The notes under the pieces are model-generated. The model ran no database searches, was not told the DNA's origin, and saw only the letters and a program-made list of their open reading frames with translations. A stretch of DNA of 64,000 nt from Heptranchias perlo (Eukaryota), in assembly GCF_035084215.1 (NCBI RefSeq), contig NC_090354.1, forward strand, positions 24,552,001 to 24,616,000, written 5' to 3'. A program made the translations under genes and the position numbers. Below, in pieces: positions 63,101-64,000 of this stretch (the stretch's first letter is position 1; every line of letters begins with the position of its first letter).

Positions 63101-63663
63101 TCAGTGAAATTAGTCCTCCTCCAGTTGAGTATTTTCACGTTTGATTGTTCCTTGTCCTTTTCCATATCTACTCTAATCCTAAATGGATTCAGGCCTCCTC
63201 TAATGTCATTGTGTGTATTTTGCTCAGACCCAGGACAGGATCCAGATTGTCCATCAAACACTGCATCACATCAACCAGATCTACAGTATGAACCTGGACT
63301 CAGTCACATGGCCCCAGGACAAGGTGGAAAACTTTCAGCTTCTCTTGGATCGGCAGCTCGAAGAGCTAGAGGAATGTGTCAAGAAACCGGTCTCAGAGTC
63401 CAGGCCGAGGAGAAACGATTCTATTCACAACTACTTCAGGAATCTGGAAACATTTCTCAAACAGAAGGTGGGACAATTGACTGTGTGATTATTGACAGTT
63501 CATTTCACCCAATTTAAATCTGTTCATTCTCTAATGTATTTCCCTGAATATTTCTCTTTTTTAGAGATTCAGTGTCTGCGCCTGGGAAATAATCCGCGCC
63601 GAGACCAGGGCCCGTTTACAACAGATCCTTTTCATAATGGCACAAATCAGAAGAAGGAAGTGA
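60138..63663 (+). CDS. IFN: Type I interferon gene E, 185 aa: exon 1b 60138-60266, exon 2 60436-60525, exon 3 63228-63467, exon 4 63565-63663
   Basis: Open frame, GT-AG phase-0 introns, MALASVW... signal peptide, 4 Cys, RFSVCAWEIIRAETRARLQQILFIMAQIRRRK*. Confidence 0.93.
61083..63183 (-). mobile_element. Degenerate CR1 in intron 2 of gene E
   Basis: 173-aa RT remnant at 62024-62545; tail at about 61083. Confidence 0.85.
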
Positions 63664-64000
63664 AGACTTTGCAAAGACAATAGAGAATGGGAACAATTAA
63701 TATTTATTTAAAAGTCTTTCTATTTATAAAAAATATTTATATTTCAACAGACATTATATTGTAGTGCTGTAATGAGGCGATTTGCAGCCAAGTTTCTGAT
63801 GGAGAACAAGGAATGTCTTGATATTTTTCTATTTTCAATTATTTATTTTAATTTATTGATATTTATTGTTGTGATATGTTCCTGTGATGAATGTTAAATG
63901 TTTCACTGGGGGGAGATTGAGAAAATCCCGTTTCTGTTCCTTCGTTTATGGACTGGCAGCTGCTACAATGAAAATTTTCATTTTAGGTTCGCACTATAGG

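Overview
Eukaryotic DNA, not prokaryotic. The repeat content and gene structure point to a cartilaginous fish (shark-like; this is an inference). The window holds a cluster of five intron-containing type I interferon genes: A (+, exons 3-4 only), B, C and D (-), and E (+). They have 4 coding exons, phase-0 introns, about 185 aa, four Cys and a CAWE motif, and sit among CR1-type LINEs, an L2 fragment, a Harbinger remnant and solo LTRs. The main unexpected feature is that every complete gene has two tandem signal-peptide exon-1 cassettes upstream of one shared exon 2-4 set. The distal cassette (1a) and proximal cassette (1b) each carry their own promoter, and they have decayed reciprocally between paralogs. 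Other highlights: reciprocal breakpoints of a ~42.5 kb inversion that flipped genes B-D, near-identical distal promoter blocks, and a nearly intact full-length CR1 between exons 1a and 1b of gene D. All coordinates were read by eye, repeat boundaries are approximate, and no database search was run.
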